DNA of 64,000 nucleotides from Eremomyces bilateralis CBS 781.70 (taxonomy: Eukaryota): assembly GCA_010015585.1 (NCBI GenBank), contig ML975150.1; one strand, written 5' to 3'. Each line of letters opens with the position of its first letter. Positions within the stretch are counted from its first letter, which is position 1. Shown in pieces: positions 63,739 through 64,000 of the stretch. A program made the position numbers and the translations under genes. Under the pieces are notes generated by a model. That model saw only the letters and a program-made list of their open reading frames with translations. It had not been told where the DNA came from and ran no database searches.

Positions 63739-64000
63739 CTTGAAGGAAGCGGGGATGGTTAGCGAACGTTCGGTACGATAGGGAGGGTTGATTCAAGGTG
63801 CGGATGGAGGAGAACGGGCAGCGAGCGAACAGGGGAAGAAGGGGAACAAAGTAGACGCAGAGTATGGCATTAGTATGCGGATATGATATGGATGCGCTAG
63901 ATATAATAACAGGGTGAATGAAGGGATCAAATATGGCCGCTCCTAGATCGTTGCACAGTGGAGATCAGCAGCCTACTAGCCCTTAAACAATGCCGCCGCC

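Overview
Gene-dense genomic DNA from a filamentous ascomycete (Pezizomycotina), judged from short GT-AG introns with CTAAC/CTGAC branch sites and the Woronin-body gene hex-1. Housekeeping genes: hex-1, PRP45/SKIP, RPL4, TAF11, KRI1, SIP3/LAM1 and an FHA-forkhead factor. Accessory genes: MFS sugar transporter, HeLo-like/ankyrin protein, GH24 lysozyme with three Cys-rich repeats, HET-domain gene, cutinase with a Gly/Ala/Asp tail, and GH3 beta-glucosidase. Several C-to-T-damaged pseudogenes are present. An ~8 kb transposon nest (46.1-54.2 kb) contains a decayed Helitron, a 501-bp hAT MITE with an 8-bp target duplication, and an intact Fot1/pogo element with 85-bp TIRs. The most unusual locus is a 622-aa secreted modular polyprotein (55491-57359). 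It has an amphipathic ETQTQ(F/V) array and an acidic stalk, followed by three KR-delimited Asn/Gly/His/Tyr-rich peptides that each end in His-His. Also notable are an AUG-less N-terminal exon of hex-1 and an unannotated protein with clathrin-box and gamma-adaptin-ear motifs. All family assignments come from motif recognition by eye; no searches were run.
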